DNA of 64,000 nt from Candidatus Poribacteria bacterium (GCA_965215015.1 OZ244042.1:1568001-1632000); one strand, 5' to 3'. Shown: positions 38,266-49,425, numbered from the stretch's first letter. The notes: generated by a model from the sequence alone, not told the origin. Program-made: numbers and translations.

Positions 38266-40056
38266 ATGAAAAAAGCGTTGATTATCTTGATTGCGCTTGT
38301 AGCAATCAACATAGCGGGTTGGCAGATTGCTCGGCCACAGCAAACAGATTCCACCACCCAACCCCCCGAGGAAGGTCAGATTATCTTGGCCGAATATCAG
38401 TGGAAGGGGAGAAAATTCGAGATTTCACTTGCGGATTTCAAGGCGGCGATTGGAGAATTATCAATCTTCCAACAGGAAAATTACGCAAGTAAAGCTGGAA
38501 AGACAGAATACCTGCAGGAGTTCATCGACGAAAAACTAAAAGTCCTTGCAGCTATAGATAAGGGACTGGATAAAGATGAAGATATACTCAAGAAAGCGCA
38601 GGAATACAAACATACCCTCTTAGTCCAGCACCTGACATTAATTGAAGTTGATGAAAAGGTTTCTACCACGGAGGAAAACCTGCGGCGGTATTACGAGGAA
38701 CACAAGTCGGAATACGTCGAGGAGGCAGCAGCACGGGTAACCTGCATCAGTGTACTGGAGAAAGCACTCGCACAAGAGGCATTGGCACAAATCAAAGCTG
38801 GAGTAGACATTAGCAAACTGGCAAAACAACTGTCAGAAAAAGAAAAATTGTTTGGTCCCGGGAGCAACAAGGTGGATCCGGGGAACACGGGACTCTTCAC
38901 CAAGGACGAATCCCACGCCTGGCAGGTTTTTGTTGACGCCGCTTTTGGCATGGAAGTCGGGGAAATCACGGAAGAAATCCTTGAACTTGAGATGAATCAC
39001 GAAACGTACTACCTCATGTTCCGCAAGGAGGAGCACATACCGGAACGGATAGCCGACTTTCAGGAGGTCAGAGACTATATTGAGACGCCTGTTAAGCGTG
39101 ATCTCAAACGGAGGCGAATTATCGAGTGGGTGGCAGAAGTCACCGCAGAAAGTGGACTGAAAACCTACCCGGAACGGATTCCTGAAGCAGGACTGGATCA
39201 AGAGGAACCGGGGACAAACGCGGAAACTATTGTCGTTGCAGAGTTTAGTTGCAACGGAAAACAGCACATTACGCTTGCTGAAATGATATCAGACATTCGC
39301 GAACTCTCGGAGTTTACACCGAAACGATATAAAAGCAAGGCGCGCCTTGAAGAATACTTGACCCTGATGGCAGAAGGGCGCTTAATGCTCTGTATTGCCA
39401 AAGATCGGAAACTCGAAGAAGTGCCGGAAATCCAGAAAAAAATCCAGAGGTATCTCCATACGCTGCTTGCCAATAAACTCTGGAAAATTGAAGTTGAGCA
39501 GAAAGCCGAAGTGACAGAGGTAGACATACAAGCCCACTATGAAGCGCGTAAAAGCGAATTCGCCGAGGAGGAGCAGGTGCGGCTAACCTGTATCACGCTT
39601 AGGGAAAGCGACCGCGCGAAGGAGGTTTTTGAGTCAATTCAGTTGGGCAAAGCCATCGGCGAAGTAGCGAAGGCGTTGTCAGATAGTGGAGAATTGACCG
39701 GCCCGGGGGCGGATCCCCTCAAACCCGGCGATACCGGGTACCTGACCCGCGACACCTTTCCGGAAGAGCAGCAAGCCTTTACTGACGCTGCCTTTGCGAT
39801 GGAAGTGGGACAGACCGTTGATGATATCATGATTGTTAGTTTTCAAGGCAGACAATACTACACAATTTTCCGAAAAGAAGAACATAACCCACCACGCCAA
39901 AAAACGCTTGACGACCCAGAGGTCCGGCGGATAGTGACAGCAGACACCCAAACGGAAAGACGCGGGGCACTTACAAACAACCTGCACACTCGACTCCGTG
40001 ATAAAGCAAAACTCAAAATATATTTCGACCGAATTCCAGAGCAGTCAGACAAATGA
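38266..40056 (+). CDS. Secreted protein with two PpiC/parvulin-like domains (PrsA/SurA-like foldase)
   Basis: Internal duplication YY/HYE..K.E..EE, PGnTG, F.DAAF.MEVG, FRKEEH; ATG 38266. Confidence 0.82.
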   Translation: MKKALIILIALVAINIAGWQIARPQQTDSTTQPPEEGQIILAEYQWKGRKFEISLADFKAAIGELSIFQQENYASKAGKTEYLQEFIDEKLKVLAAIDKGLDKDEDILKKAQEYKHTLLVQHLTLIEVDEKVSTTEENLRRYYEEHKSEYVEEAAARVTCISVLEKALAQEALAQIKAGVDISKLAKQLSEKEKLFGPGSNKVDPGNTGLFTKDESHAWQVFVDAAFGMEVGEITEEILELEMNHETYYLMFRKEEHIPERIADFQEVRDYIETPVKRDLKRRRIIEWVAEVTAESGLKTYPERIPEAGLDQEEPGTNAETIVVAEFSCNGKQHITLAEMISDIRELSEFTPKRYKSKARLEEYLTLMAEGRLMLCIAKDRKLEEVPEIQKKIQRYLHTLLANKLWKIEVEQKAEVTEVDIQAHYEARKSEFAEEEQVRLTCITLRESDRAKEVFESIQLGKAIGEVAKALSDSGELTGPGADPLKPGDTGYLTRDTFPEEQQAFTDAAFAMEVGQTVDDIMIVSFQGRQYYTIFRKEEHNPPRQKTLDDPEVRRIVTADTQTERRGALTNNLHTRLRDKAKLKIYFDRIPEQSDK

Positions 40057-40205
40057 TAATGACCATCCACCCTTAACTGGGAGCACCGACTTCAAACCAA
40101 TTCTTAACAATGCGTTGTAGATTTAGCGATGTACAGCGGACAAGACTATCAAGGCCTATGTTGCGATGCACAACTTGACAATGTTGAATTTAGGAGGATT
40201 TACAA

Positions 40206-40985
40206 ATGATGCAATCAATCAGTGACAGTCAATGGCAGCAATTCTTGGAGGAAGGCTATCTCCTTCTCGGTAGAGTGATGGACGATGAAGAACTCACAAC
40301 TTTACAACAGCGCATTGATGAAATCATGATGGGCAAAGCCACACTCCCCTACGACCAGCTAATGATGCAATTGGATGGCAAGACCAGCGACTATAGTAAG
40401 ATGGAACCAATGACAAAGGGACACAAAGGCCCGACGTTAAACTATCGTAAAATCACGGAACTTGAACTTGACCCATTCTTCCTGTCGTATATGCAAAAAC
40501 CTGCCTTCCGGGACATTTGTGCCAGAGCCTACGGTCCCTCTACCCCGATTGCTACCCCGCGTGCAATGTTTATGAATAAGCCGGCGGACACAGGAACTCA
40601 CCTTCCTTGGCATCAGGACGTATTTCGGAACCTTGACACACTTTCACGCATTATCATTTGGGCAGCGCTTGATCCTGCGACCCTTGACAACGGCTGTCTC
40701 AGGGTAATTCCCAAATCTCATCACCGCATTTATGAAGGAAACTTCCCCACGGAAGAACAGCTCGAAGTCCTCTTCGCAGCGGCGGATCCCGTTACTCTTG
40801 AATTACAGGCGGGCGAGGGGGTATTGCTGCACGTCAACCTGATTCACACTTCCGCGGTGAATGGGACCGGTTTGCCGCGGCGGGCATTCAGCGTCGCTTA
40901 TGCAGATGCTGCGACCAGGACCGCTGATGGTCAGTTTCTCCCCACTATTTTCGGTGAAGGTGCCTTAAGTCCACAATTCAACTAA
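40206..40985 (+). CDS. Phytanoyl-CoA dioxygenase (PhyH) family protein
   Basis: FMNKPA, PWHQD, NGCLRVIPKSH, IHTSAVN...RRA. Confidence 0.92.
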   Translation: MMQSISDSQWQQFLEEGYLLLGRVMDDEELTTLQQRIDEIMMGKATLPYDQLMMQLDGKTSDYSKMEPMTKGHKGPTLNYRKITELELDPFFLSYMQKPAFRDICARAYGPSTPIATPRAMFMNKPADTGTHLPWHQDVFRNLDTLSRIIIWAALDPATLDNGCLRVIPKSHHRIYEGNFPTEEQLEVLFAAADPVTLELQAGEGVLLHVNLIHTSAVNGTGLPRRAFSVAYADAATRTADGQFLPTIFGEGALSPQFN

Positions 40986-41263
40986 TCAAGCAGATTTTCA
41001 ATTCCGCCACCAGTCCGTAAAGATCAGAACGATTTCGCAGAAGCGGGGCTTGTCAAGGTTGAGGACAATGTCCGTCCGATGAAATCAGACTGTGTTACTG
41101 CCTCTCGAAGTTGTAATTATCAATAGCCGCTAGGGAATGCAATTACCCCTTAGAATCACGACATGGGCTCACCTCAAAGGGTCGCTTGCCCTTCATTTCA
41201 TTCACGGGTAGGCTTCACACCTCAACATGCCAGTCAAAACTAATTCTACGGGAGAATAGTTTA

Positions 41264-42211
41264 ATGCGCGAAGATTCTGGTAGAAAATCTGTGTATAGCC
41301 TGAGGTTATCTATCATCTTGATTGCTTCACTATGGCTAGGTTGTGGAGGTAATAATGAACAAGAGAATGGAGAAATTCTCGACAGAATTGTCGGTAAAGA
41401 CATGGCGGTAATGGTATTGATTCCTGCCGGCCCGTTTGAGATGGGGGACCACTTCGACGAAGGTACTACCTATGAACGGCCCATCCACACCGTTTTCCTT
41501 GATGATTTTTATATCGATGCCTATGAGGTAACCAACGCCATGTACGCAAAGTTCCTCAATGCGATGGGAAAGTATGTGGGGGATACCGGTCATATCTGGT
41601 TGGATATTGGTGACGGTGATGAGCAGATTGAATGGGTTGGGGGGCAATATCGACCAAAGGCAGGATTTGAAGAGTATGCTGTAGTCGAAGTGAGTTGGTA
41701 CGGCGCAGCGGCGTATGCCCAGTGGGCAGGCAAACGCTTGCCGACCGAAGCGGAGTGGGAGAAAGCTGCTCGCGGTGGACAGGTCAGGGAACGGTATCCG
41801 TGGGGAAATGATGACCCTGATGGGAGTCAGTGCAACTTTGCTGATAAGAATACCACCTATTCTTGGTCAGATCAGAATGCTGATGACGGCTACCAAAAAA
41901 CCGCTCCTGTGGGTCTATATCCTCCAAATGGCTACGGGTTATACGACATCGCCGGAAACGTATGGGAGTGGTGCATAGATGAATTGGATTTAGAATTTTA
42001 CGCAAACAGTCCAAAAGAGAGCCCGGTGTCAGGCGGGCTTGCACTATTGATGCCTAATAACTTCGCCAGTATTACAGAACGTCGCGTGCTTCGCGGTGGT
42101 TCGTGGCATAGCACTCCAGAGATCCTTCGCGTGGCATACCGCAACAGCAGTGAACCTGCGGTCACGCTCAGCTACTTTGGTTTTCGTTGCGTAGTCCCCG
42201 TCGATCCTTAG
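41264..42211 (+). CDS. FGE-sulfatase (SUMF1) domain lipoprotein
   Basis: Lipobox-like WLGC; FEMG, EVTN, RLPTEAEWEKAARG, GNVWEW, RGGSW, GFRC. Confidence 0.92.
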   Translation: MREDSGRKSVYSLRLSIILIASLWLGCGGNNEQENGEILDRIVGKDMAVMVLIPAGPFEMGDHFDEGTTYERPIHTVFLDDFYIDAYEVTNAMYAKFLNAMGKYVGDTGHIWLDIGDGDEQIEWVGGQYRPKAGFEEYAVVEVSWYGAAAYAQWAGKRLPTEAEWEKAARGGQVRERYPWGNDDPDGSQCNFADKNTTYSWSDQNADDGYQKTAPVGLYPPNGYGLYDIAGNVWEWCIDELDLEFYANSPKESPVSGGLALLMPNNFASITERRVLRGGSWHSTPEILRVAYRNSSEPAVTLSYFGFRCVVPVDP

Positions 42212-42217
42212 TCCTAT

Positions 42218-42444
42218 TAGGACTTACACAGTTGAACGCTTGAAGCTAACACCAGAAAAGGGTGTGCAATGTTCACGGTTGGTTGAGCCATGACTAGTGC
42301 ACAAGAGTCCTAGTATCCTCGGCGATTTATCGCCGCTGGACACCGTTGCCAACGCCCGAGGAATCGGGCAACTACAGCAGAGACGCCATAAGGAGTCCGC
42401 AGGGAACACCGATTGTTGTTCCCTATTGAAATGCCTAAGTCCTA
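42218..42444. repeat. MITE-like element family A, copy 3
   Basis: TAGGACTTACACAGTTGA ... AATGCCTAAGTCCTA; internal CGGCGATTTATCGCCG. Confidence 0.65.
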
Positions 42445-42514
42445 TCCTTTTTTAACTTTTGAAAAGTCCGCATTGTGACGCTCTCATACCATTATTTGAA
42501 GGAAAGATTAAATA

Positions 42515-43348
42515 ATGACAGTACCCCATGCGTGGCCCCCTGCTGAGGGTGGTCTACAAGAAATAATAAAAAAATATCCGAAACCCCTCAATGCGCTGGT
42601 GTCGGGTGAAGTACCAGCTATTGTCCTCCGCAAAGCCTTCAACCCGGCCCACTGTGCAGGTCTCGTGGAAAGGTTCTATGAACGTGGCTTGGTATACGAC
42701 CCTCGCCAAACTCGGGATAGTAGTAAGAGACCTGTGTACGTTGGCCCCGCTTTAGTTAGGTACAACGCTGATCCCGAAAAGTTCTTCGCCTACGCCACCG
42801 ACACCCACGAACTCTTCAAAACCTTGTTCAACGGGTACGACAATCCAGTGAAGACCTTCTACGAGATGTTGTCATGTCTGGCACCGAATAAGCGGGTGAT
42901 GACCGCACGCGAGCCGGATGGACGCCGCTATGGCCCCGCCGTTTTTCGTATCTACTATGCTGATATAGGACACGGACCGCACTTTGATTCCATAGCAAAG
43001 CGGCAGAAGCTGTTCAATTATGAGGTCTCGCGGTTCCAGTATCAGTTGGCTGGGGTGATGTGCTTTCAGAACTCCGAAAAGGAAGGTGAAAGTGGAGAGC
43101 CCTTTCTCTACAACTGTCCTTGGACACCCGCCGTGCAGCGGTATATCACCAAAGGTACGTTTAGCCAATACGTCGCTGAGCAAGGCATCTCCCGGATTCA
43201 AATTCAACTTGAGCCCGGGGACCTTTATTTTTTCTTTTCTGAAAACATCCATGAAGTACCACCCGTGATAGGTGAGAAGCCGCGTATTGTGCTCGCTGCC
43301 TTCTTTGGCATGTCCCCAAACGATGATGAGATTTTTGTCTGGTCGTAA
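42515..43348 (+). CDS. 2OG-Fe(II) oxygenase-like protein
   Basis: PHFD, LEPGDLYFF, IHEV, RIV. Confidence 0.72.
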   Translation: MTVPHAWPPAEGGLQEIIKKYPKPLNALVSGEVPAIVLRKAFNPAHCAGLVERFYERGLVYDPRQTRDSSKRPVYVGPALVRYNADPEKFFAYATDTHELFKTLFNGYDNPVKTFYEMLSCLAPNKRVMTAREPDGRRYGPAVFRIYYADIGHGPHFDSIAKRQKLFNYEVSRFQYQLAGVMCFQNSEKEGESGEPFLYNCPWTPAVQRYITKGTFSQYVAEQGISRIQIQLEPGDLYFFFSENIHEVPPVIGEKPRIVLAAFFGMSPNDDEIFVWS

Positions 43349-43398
43349 TGATATCCCTGCCACTGTGTACCATTGGCGTTCACTGAAAAGGAAAACAA

Positions 43399-44496
43399 AT
43401 GAAAATCACGAAAATCGAAACGTTCCAGATTGAAACCCCGCGCTATTACCAAGAACACCCAGTTAAAACGAACGAAGCATCAGGTCATGTTATCGTGAAA
43501 CTCCATGTGGCTGACGGACTGGTGGGACTAGGAGAGGCATCAGACAGCAGGGCTGATAATCTGGGAGCACTAACAAAACACTATAACGATTTGCTGGTTG
43601 GACGCGACGCGACTCGGATTACCGAGATTAATGAATTGATGCGGGCACAGGACTTTGGCAGTACAGTTAGCAACTCGCACCTGACCGCTGCCATCGACAT
43701 CGCACTGTACGACCTCAACGGGGTGGCGCAGAGTGTACCAGCCTACAATTTAATGGGCGGTAAAGTGCGAGAAAGTGTGTACTTCTGTTATCCAATTATA
43801 GGAGCGCACCTAGCGGACGGCTTTGAGCGGAATGCCAGCTACCTACAGCGGCTAGTGGATTTGGGGCATCATCTGTTTCGTTACTACGTTTCAGGGGACA
43901 GTGATTTGGATAACCGATTCATAACCGACATGAAAGCCCGTTTTGGCGAGAAAATCAAACTCAAAGCCTTTGATTTTTCCGGACGTTTCGCGGATTGGGA
44001 GACTGCCCTGCGTTACGCAGACGTGCTACGCCACCACAATCCGTATAACTTTGAGCAACCATCAAACAATTTACGGGTATGTGCCGACTTCGTCAAACGG
44101 ATGGATGTGCCGGTGAGTCTGCATATTAGCAGCCTAGAGGAGGGTTACGAGGCGATTGAACGCGGGGCGTGCACCGTTCTTAATTTGGCGTGGATCTGGT
44201 GGGGACCGACTTACGTGCGCCGGATGTTCGCGCTGGCAGAAGCTGCTGGCTTGAAAACCTTGCTTTCAACCGATCAGGATTCGACCGTAGGCACAGCCGG
44301 GGCGGTGCATCTAGGGGTTTCAGTGCCCAACCTAGATATTCCCGCTGATCCTGCTGGCCCTCTCCTCTATACAGTTTCGCCTGCCAAAGCGCGCATCCGG
44401 GCAGAGGCAAGCCACCTGTATCCGCCAGAGGGGGCCGGACTGGGCGTTGAGTTGGATGAGGACAAGATGAGGGAACTGACGGTGGCCTCCGCATGA
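43399..44496 (+). CDS. Mandelate racemase/muconate lactonizing enzyme family
   Basis: MKITKIET, GLGE, AIDIALYDL, FEQP, GLGVELDE. Confidence 0.9.
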   Translation: MKITKIETFQIETPRYYQEHPVKTNEASGHVIVKLHVADGLVGLGEASDSRADNLGALTKHYNDLLVGRDATRITEINELMRAQDFGSTVSNSHLTAAIDIALYDLNGVAQSVPAYNLMGGKVRESVYFCYPIIGAHLADGFERNASYLQRLVDLGHHLFRYYVSGDSDLDNRFITDMKARFGEKIKLKAFDFSGRFADWETALRYADVLRHHNPYNFEQPSNNLRVCADFVKRMDVPVSLHISSLEEGYEAIERGACTVLNLAWIWWGPTYVRRMFALAEAAGLKTLLSTDQDSTVGTAGAVHLGVSVPNLDIPADPAGPLLYTVSPAKARIRAEASHLYPPEGAGLGVELDEDKMRELTVASA

Positions 44497-44547
44497 ATAT
44501 CTCCTATTGATTATTACAAAAATCGGTTTTTGTAAGAGAGAATCACA

Positions 44548-46455
44548 TTGAGTCGTAAACATCTCGCTTCAATCCACACCCCGCAGCCAGAAATCCGTTG
44601 GCGCGTAATCTGGTTGGCAGTGGCTGTCATCCCCTTTAACAACTACTGGGTCTACGCGATGTTGCGGTGGGCACAGGGCCTCCCAACAACCATGTCGCTC
44701 TTCTTCAATGTGATTTTTATCTTTGCCATTCTGCTCGCACTGAATTATGGAATTTCTCTATATTCGCCGCGTCTGGCATTGACACAGGGCGAATTGCTGA
44801 CCTTCTACGCCATGCTCTCCGTCGCCACTGCAATCGCCGGTGCAGATTTTTTCGCCGTAATCATCACACATATCGCTGTCGGCGGCTGGATGGCAACTGA
44901 GGAGAACGAATGGGCAACGTTGTTTCACCGTTACTTCCCGGATTGGCTGGCGTTGACCGATAAAAACAGTCTTACGACCTATTTTGTTGGTGAATCCAGC
45001 CTGTACCTTGACGAGCATCTTCGGTTATGGTGGAAGCCTGTCCTTTCCTGGTCTGGGTTTATTGTCGTCCTCGTTTTCACGGCATTCTGTATCAACGTCA
45101 TTCTACGGAAACAGTGGATTGAGATAGAACGACTGAGTTATCCAATTATTGAACTGCCGCAGCAGATGACCACCAAGGGCTTCTTTCGGAATCGATTGAT
45201 GTGGGCTGGGGCAATTCTCGCTGGAGGCATGGATATCGTCAACGCGCTGCATTTCTTGTATCCATCCATCCCAGGACTCGGTGGCGATTTCTTCGATCTG
45301 CGCCCCTATTTTACCACGAAACCGTGGAATGCTATCGGTTGGACACCTGTCACGCTCTTCCCCTTTGCCGTTGGAATGGCATACTTCATGCCTCTCGATC
45401 TCTCCTTCACGTTCTGGTTTTTCTACATCTTTTGGAAATTTGAAATGATCATGGGGAGTATTCTCGGGTTTCAGCAGATCCCCGACTTCCCCTTCATCTT
45501 TGAACAATCGTTTGGTGTCTGTGTGGGTGTAGTAATTCTGGTACTTTGGAGTGCGCGCCATCATTTGCGAGATGTGCTAATAGGGGCATGGCGCGGCGAG
45601 AAAGCGTCTGAGTCTAACGAACCGATTTCCTATCGTGTGGCAGTCCTCGGACTGATTATCGGCTTCCTACTGTTGATTGGTTTTTGGGTAGTAGCGGGGA
45701 TGTCGCTGTGGATTGCTGTCCTAGTCTTCATTATCCATTTTACGACCTTGACCGTTACAACCCGTATCCGCGCCGAGCTCGGACCTCCTCTCCATGACCT
45801 CCGCAGGATGGGACCCGATGTGTTAATTCCAAAGATGTTTGGCATGCGGCGATTGGGTCCGAGAAACCTCAGTCTATTTTCGCTCGTATTTCCTTTTAAT
45901 CGTGCCTATCGCGGGAATGCCATGCCACCGCAACTGGAAGGATTGAAACTTGCCGAGCGGGCGGGTATCTCACCGCGTCGCGTCGGATTCGCAATACTAA
46001 TCGCTGTTGTCATCAGTCCATTACCCCTGTTTTGGGGGGGATTGCAGCTCGGCTACGAATCTGGCGCGGTGGCCTTTTGGGGCGGCGGGGTCTTTCGACG
46101 GACACAAAGCTGGCTCACCAACCCAATGCCTGTCGATATCCTGTCAATCATCGCGATGCTCTTCGGTACGTTCTTCACTTTCGCTCTCACTGCTTTGCGT
46201 CACCGTTTCGTTTGGTGGCCCCTGTATCCCGTTGGGTACGGCATCACAGGTACATGGGCGGTCAACTTTTTCTGGTCTTCGGTGCTCGTCGCTTGGGTGA
46301 TTAAGTGGTGCATCCTCCGCTTTGGGGGGGTAAGGACGTTTCGCCGTCTGGCACCCTTCTTTTTAGGAATGCTATTCGGCGAGTTTCTACTTGGAGGTGT
46401 ATGGGCACTGATTGGTGTGATTGTACAGAGGCCGATGTACCGGTTCATTTGGTAA
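44548..46455 (+). CDS. DUF6785/DUF6784-like membrane protein
   Basis: ERLSYPIIELP, TRIRAELG, WWPLYPVGY, PFFLGMLFGE. Confidence 0.8.
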   Translation: MSRKHLASIHTPQPEIRWRVIWLAVAVIPFNNYWVYAMLRWAQGLPTTMSLFFNVIFIFAILLALNYGISLYSPRLALTQGELLTFYAMLSVATAIAGADFFAVIITHIAVGGWMATEENEWATLFHRYFPDWLALTDKNSLTTYFVGESSLYLDEHLRLWWKPVLSWSGFIVVLVFTAFCINVILRKQWIEIERLSYPIIELPQQMTTKGFFRNRLMWAGAILAGGMDIVNALHFLYPSIPGLGGDFFDLRPYFTTKPWNAIGWTPVTLFPFAVGMAYFMPLDLSFTFWFFYIFWKFEMIMGSILGFQQIPDFPFIFEQSFGVCVGVVILVLWSARHHLRDVLIGAWRGEKASESNEPISYRVAVLGLIIGFLLLIGFWVVAGMSLWIAVLVFIIHFTTLTVTTRIRAELGPPLHDLRRMGPDVLIPKMFGMRRLGPRNLSLFSLVFPFNRAYRGNAMPPQLEGLKLAERAGISPRRVGFAILIAVVISPLPLFWGGLQLGYESGAVAFWGGGVFRRTQSWLTNPMPVDILSIIAMLFGTFFTFALTALRHRFVWWPLYPVGYGITGTWAVNFFWSSVLVAWVIKWCILRFGGVRTFRRLAPFFLGMLFGEFLLGGVWALIGVIVQRPMYRFIW

Positions 46456-46623
46456 GCACCATCAACGGTGGCGTCTTTCTCGTTCCATTGAAGTTAAAGA
46501 GGGGAAAGCTGGATGCCAGTGCCACCGTGAAGCAACTGCAAGCGGGAGCGACCATTGTCGCCACTCGAATGATTCCGAAGCGCGACGAACCTTCAGTTGA
46601 AATACTTTCCAAAGGGAGATGAA

Positions 46624-49425
46624 ATGACCCACCGCAAGAAGCTTATTGAAGTAGACCTGCCGCTAGACGACATCAACCGCGAATCCGCCCGAGAGAAGTC
46701 CATCCGGCACGGCCATCCCTCCACATTGCATCTATGGTGGGCACGCCGTCCGTTGGCTGCTTGCCGCGCGGTCATCTTTGCCAGCATGGTGGACGACCCC
46801 TCCCACTGCCCCGATGAGTTCCCCACCGAGACCGAGCAACGTGCCGAGCGGGAACGACTCCACAATATCATCTGTCAGCTCGTCAAATGGGAGAGCACCG
46901 ACGAGAGCCAACTGGATGTAAAAACACTCCTAGCAAACGCACGCTACGAAATTGCCCGCTCGGTGGCGCGTTCCCGGGGTGAAACGGCACCCACTGACCC
47001 GGCTGCAGTGTTGAAATACCTGCACGACCATACGCTGCCGATATATGACCCCTTCGCCGGTGGAGGTTCTATCCCCCTCGAAGCACAACGGCTTGGACTG
47101 AAGTCCGTTGCTTCAGATCTCAATCCGGTGGCAGTCCTCATCAACAAGGCGTTGATTGAGATACCGCCCAAGTTTCAGCATCTGCCTCCGGTCAATCCCG
47201 AAGCGGACCCCCTCGGCATATCTACGGGCAGAGGCAGAAACGCGCGGCGCGTCCCTTGGCGCGGGGCGTCCGGCCTTGCAGACGACATCCGCTACTACGG
47301 GGCATGGATGCGAGAGGCGGCGTTTAAGCGGATTGGGCATCTTTACCCGAAGGCGAAACTGGCTGATGGCAGCGATGCGACTGTGATTGCATGGCTCTGG
47401 GCGCGGACGGTCCCCTGTCCCAATCCCGCCTGCGGTGTCGAGCTGCCCCTTCTGAAAACCTTCCAACTCTCGAAAAAGCGAAACAACCAACACTGGATTA
47501 GGCCTGTCGTTGACTATGAGTCGAAGCGCGTCTCCTTTGTCGTGCAGGACCACAGTGGTGGCGTCCCCGAAGATGGCACGGTGGGCCGCCACGGTGCCGT
47601 CTGTATCGCCTGCAACAGCGCGGCTCCGTTGTCTTATGTCCGCGAGCAGGCGAGGGCTGGCAACATGGGTGAACAAATGACTGCCATCGTCGCTGAGGGG
47701 GATCGCAGACGGCTCTATGTGTCACCGTCCGACGAACATACCAAGGCCGCAATATCTGCCGAACCTATTTGGAGGCCAACGCAACCAATAACAAGAACAC
47801 CAAAAGTCAGTGCGTTGACTTATGGTGCTACCCATTGGCATCAACTTTTTACCAAACGTCAACTTCTCGCAATAGCCACATTCAGCGACTTGATTGTAGA
47901 TGTTCTCCAAATGGTAAGGCAAGAGAGCGGAAACGACGAATACGCCGATGCGCTCTGCACATACCTTGCGCTTGTTGTTGGCAGAATAGCAGACAGCAGT
48001 TGCAGTTATGCAACTTGGGTAGATGGGTATGAAAAGGTCGGCCACGTTTTCACGCGCCAAGCAATTCCGATGGTTTGGGATTTCGCGGAGGTGAATATCT
48101 TCTCTACTTCAACCCGGAACTGGATGGCTCAAATCGAGTGGGTAGCCAAAGTTATCGATCGATTGCCCGCAGCTGCGAACAGTGGTGCCGTGCATCAGGC
48201 GGATGCCTCCACCACTATCCACGCCCAAGGTGGGCCGGTCATCGTCACCGACCCGCCCTACTACAACAACATCGACTATGCTGACCTATCCGATTTCTTC
48301 TATGTGTGGCTGCGTCCCCTGCTCCGCGATGTTTACCCGGACCTGTTCGCCGGTATCCTGACCCCCAAAGCTGAGGAGATAACAGCTATTCCATCCCGAT
48401 TTGATGACCCCCGGCAGCGATTTGAGGACTTACTGAACAAGACACTCCAGTTAATACGAAACCGATGCAGCCCGGAATTCCCGTCCTCCATCTTCTACGC
48501 CTACAAGCAACAGGAGGAGGAGCGGGATGGTAGAACGTCCACAGGCTGGGAGACGATGCTGAGGTCTATCGTGTCAGCGGGTTTCGAGATAGTTGGCACC
48601 TGGCCCATGCGTACTGAGCTTTCCGCAAGATTAAACGCCTTGAGCACTAATTCACTGGCGTCGTCTGTTGTGCTGGTCTGTCGCCCGCGTCCCCGTGATG
48701 CCCCCGCCGCAACACGCCGTCAATTTTTCAACGCACTTGACAAAGAACTGCCTGCAGCACTCGACCAACTGACGCGAAAAGGGCACATCGCACCGACGGA
48801 TCTGGCGCAAGCCGCTATCGGTCCGGGGATGCAGATTTACTCCCGTTACAGCGGTGTGGAGACTATCAGCGGCAAGTCGGTGTCGGTGCGGGAGGCGTTG
48901 GCAGCAATCAACCGGGCTATCGCGGATTACGACGAGCGTCAGGAGGGGGATCTGGATTCGGAGAGCCGGTTCTGTCTCGCCTGGCTCAAGCAGCACGGGT
49001 ATGAGGAAGGCCCCTACGGTGACGCGGAGACGCTGGCACGTGCCAAGAATGTCACCATCAGTGGGTTGCAGCATTCTAACGGTCTACTCACTGCCAAAGG
49101 GGGGTGGGTCAAGCTACTGCCGCTCGATGCGTTTTCTGAAAGCGAGGAGTTGCCCCTCGACGCCACGACAGCGTGGGCGGGTTGTTTCCGGATGGCATAC
49201 CACCTGAACCGTGAGGATGGTAGGGGTGTTGAAGGTGCAGCGCATGTCGGCAGGGAGATGAGGGGTGCTGTTGAATCTATCGAGCGGTTGGCACGCGTCC
49301 TCTACAACCACTATGACCGCGCGGGGGATTCCCAGAACGCTGTTATTTTCAATAACCTCGTCACGGAGTGGGAACAGATTCAGAAGCAGATGACAGCGGA
49401 CAGACAGATCGACATGCAGTTTTAA
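46624..49425 (+). CDS. DUF1156-domain adenine DNA methyltransferase
   Basis: KKLIEVDLPL, TLHLWWARRPLAACRA, DPFAGGGSIP, TDPPYY. Confidence 0.92.
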   Translation: MTHRKKLIEVDLPLDDINRESAREKSIRHGHPSTLHLWWARRPLAACRAVIFASMVDDPSHCPDEFPTETEQRAERERLHNIICQLVKWESTDESQLDVKTLLANARYEIARSVARSRGETAPTDPAAVLKYLHDHTLPIYDPFAGGGSIPLEAQRLGLKSVASDLNPVAVLINKALIEIPPKFQHLPPVNPEADPLGISTGRGRNARRVPWRGASGLADDIRYYGAWMREAAFKRIGHLYPKAKLADGSDATVIAWLWARTVPCPNPACGVELPLLKTFQLSKKRNNQHWIRPVVDYESKRVSFVVQDHSGGVPEDGTVGRHGAVCIACNSAAPLSYVREQARAGNMGEQMTAIVAEGDRRRLYVSPSDEHTKAAISAEPIWRPTQPITRTPKVSALTYGATHWHQLFTKRQLLAIATFSDLIVDVLQMVRQESGNDEYADALCTYLALVVGRIADSSCSYATWVDGYEKVGHVFTRQAIPMVWDFAEVNIFSTSTRNWMAQIEWVAKVIDRLPAAANSGAVHQADASTTIHAQGGPVIVTDPPYYNNIDYADLSDFFYVWLRPLLRDVYPDLFAGILTPKAEEITAIPSRFDDPRQRFEDLLNKTLQLIRNRCSPEFPSSIFYAYKQQEEERDGRTSTGWETMLRSIVSAGFEIVGTWPMRTELSARLNALSTNSLASSVVLVCRPRPRDAPAATRRQFFNALDKELPAALDQLTRKGHIAPTDLAQAAIGPGMQIYSRYSGVETISGKSVSVREALAAINRAIADYDERQEGDLDSESRFCLAWLKQHGYEEGPYGDAETLARAKNVTISGLQHSNGLLTAKGGWVKLLPLDAFSESEELPLDATTAWAGCFRMAYHLNREDGRGVEGAAHVGREMRGAVESIERLARVLYNHYDRAGDSQNAVIFNNLVTEWEQIQKQMTADRQIDMQF

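Noticed and set aside
41264-42211. DGR target or catalytic formylglycine-generating enzyme
   Set aside because: No reverse transcriptase or template repeat seen in the window; the catalytic Cys pair after RGGS is absent.
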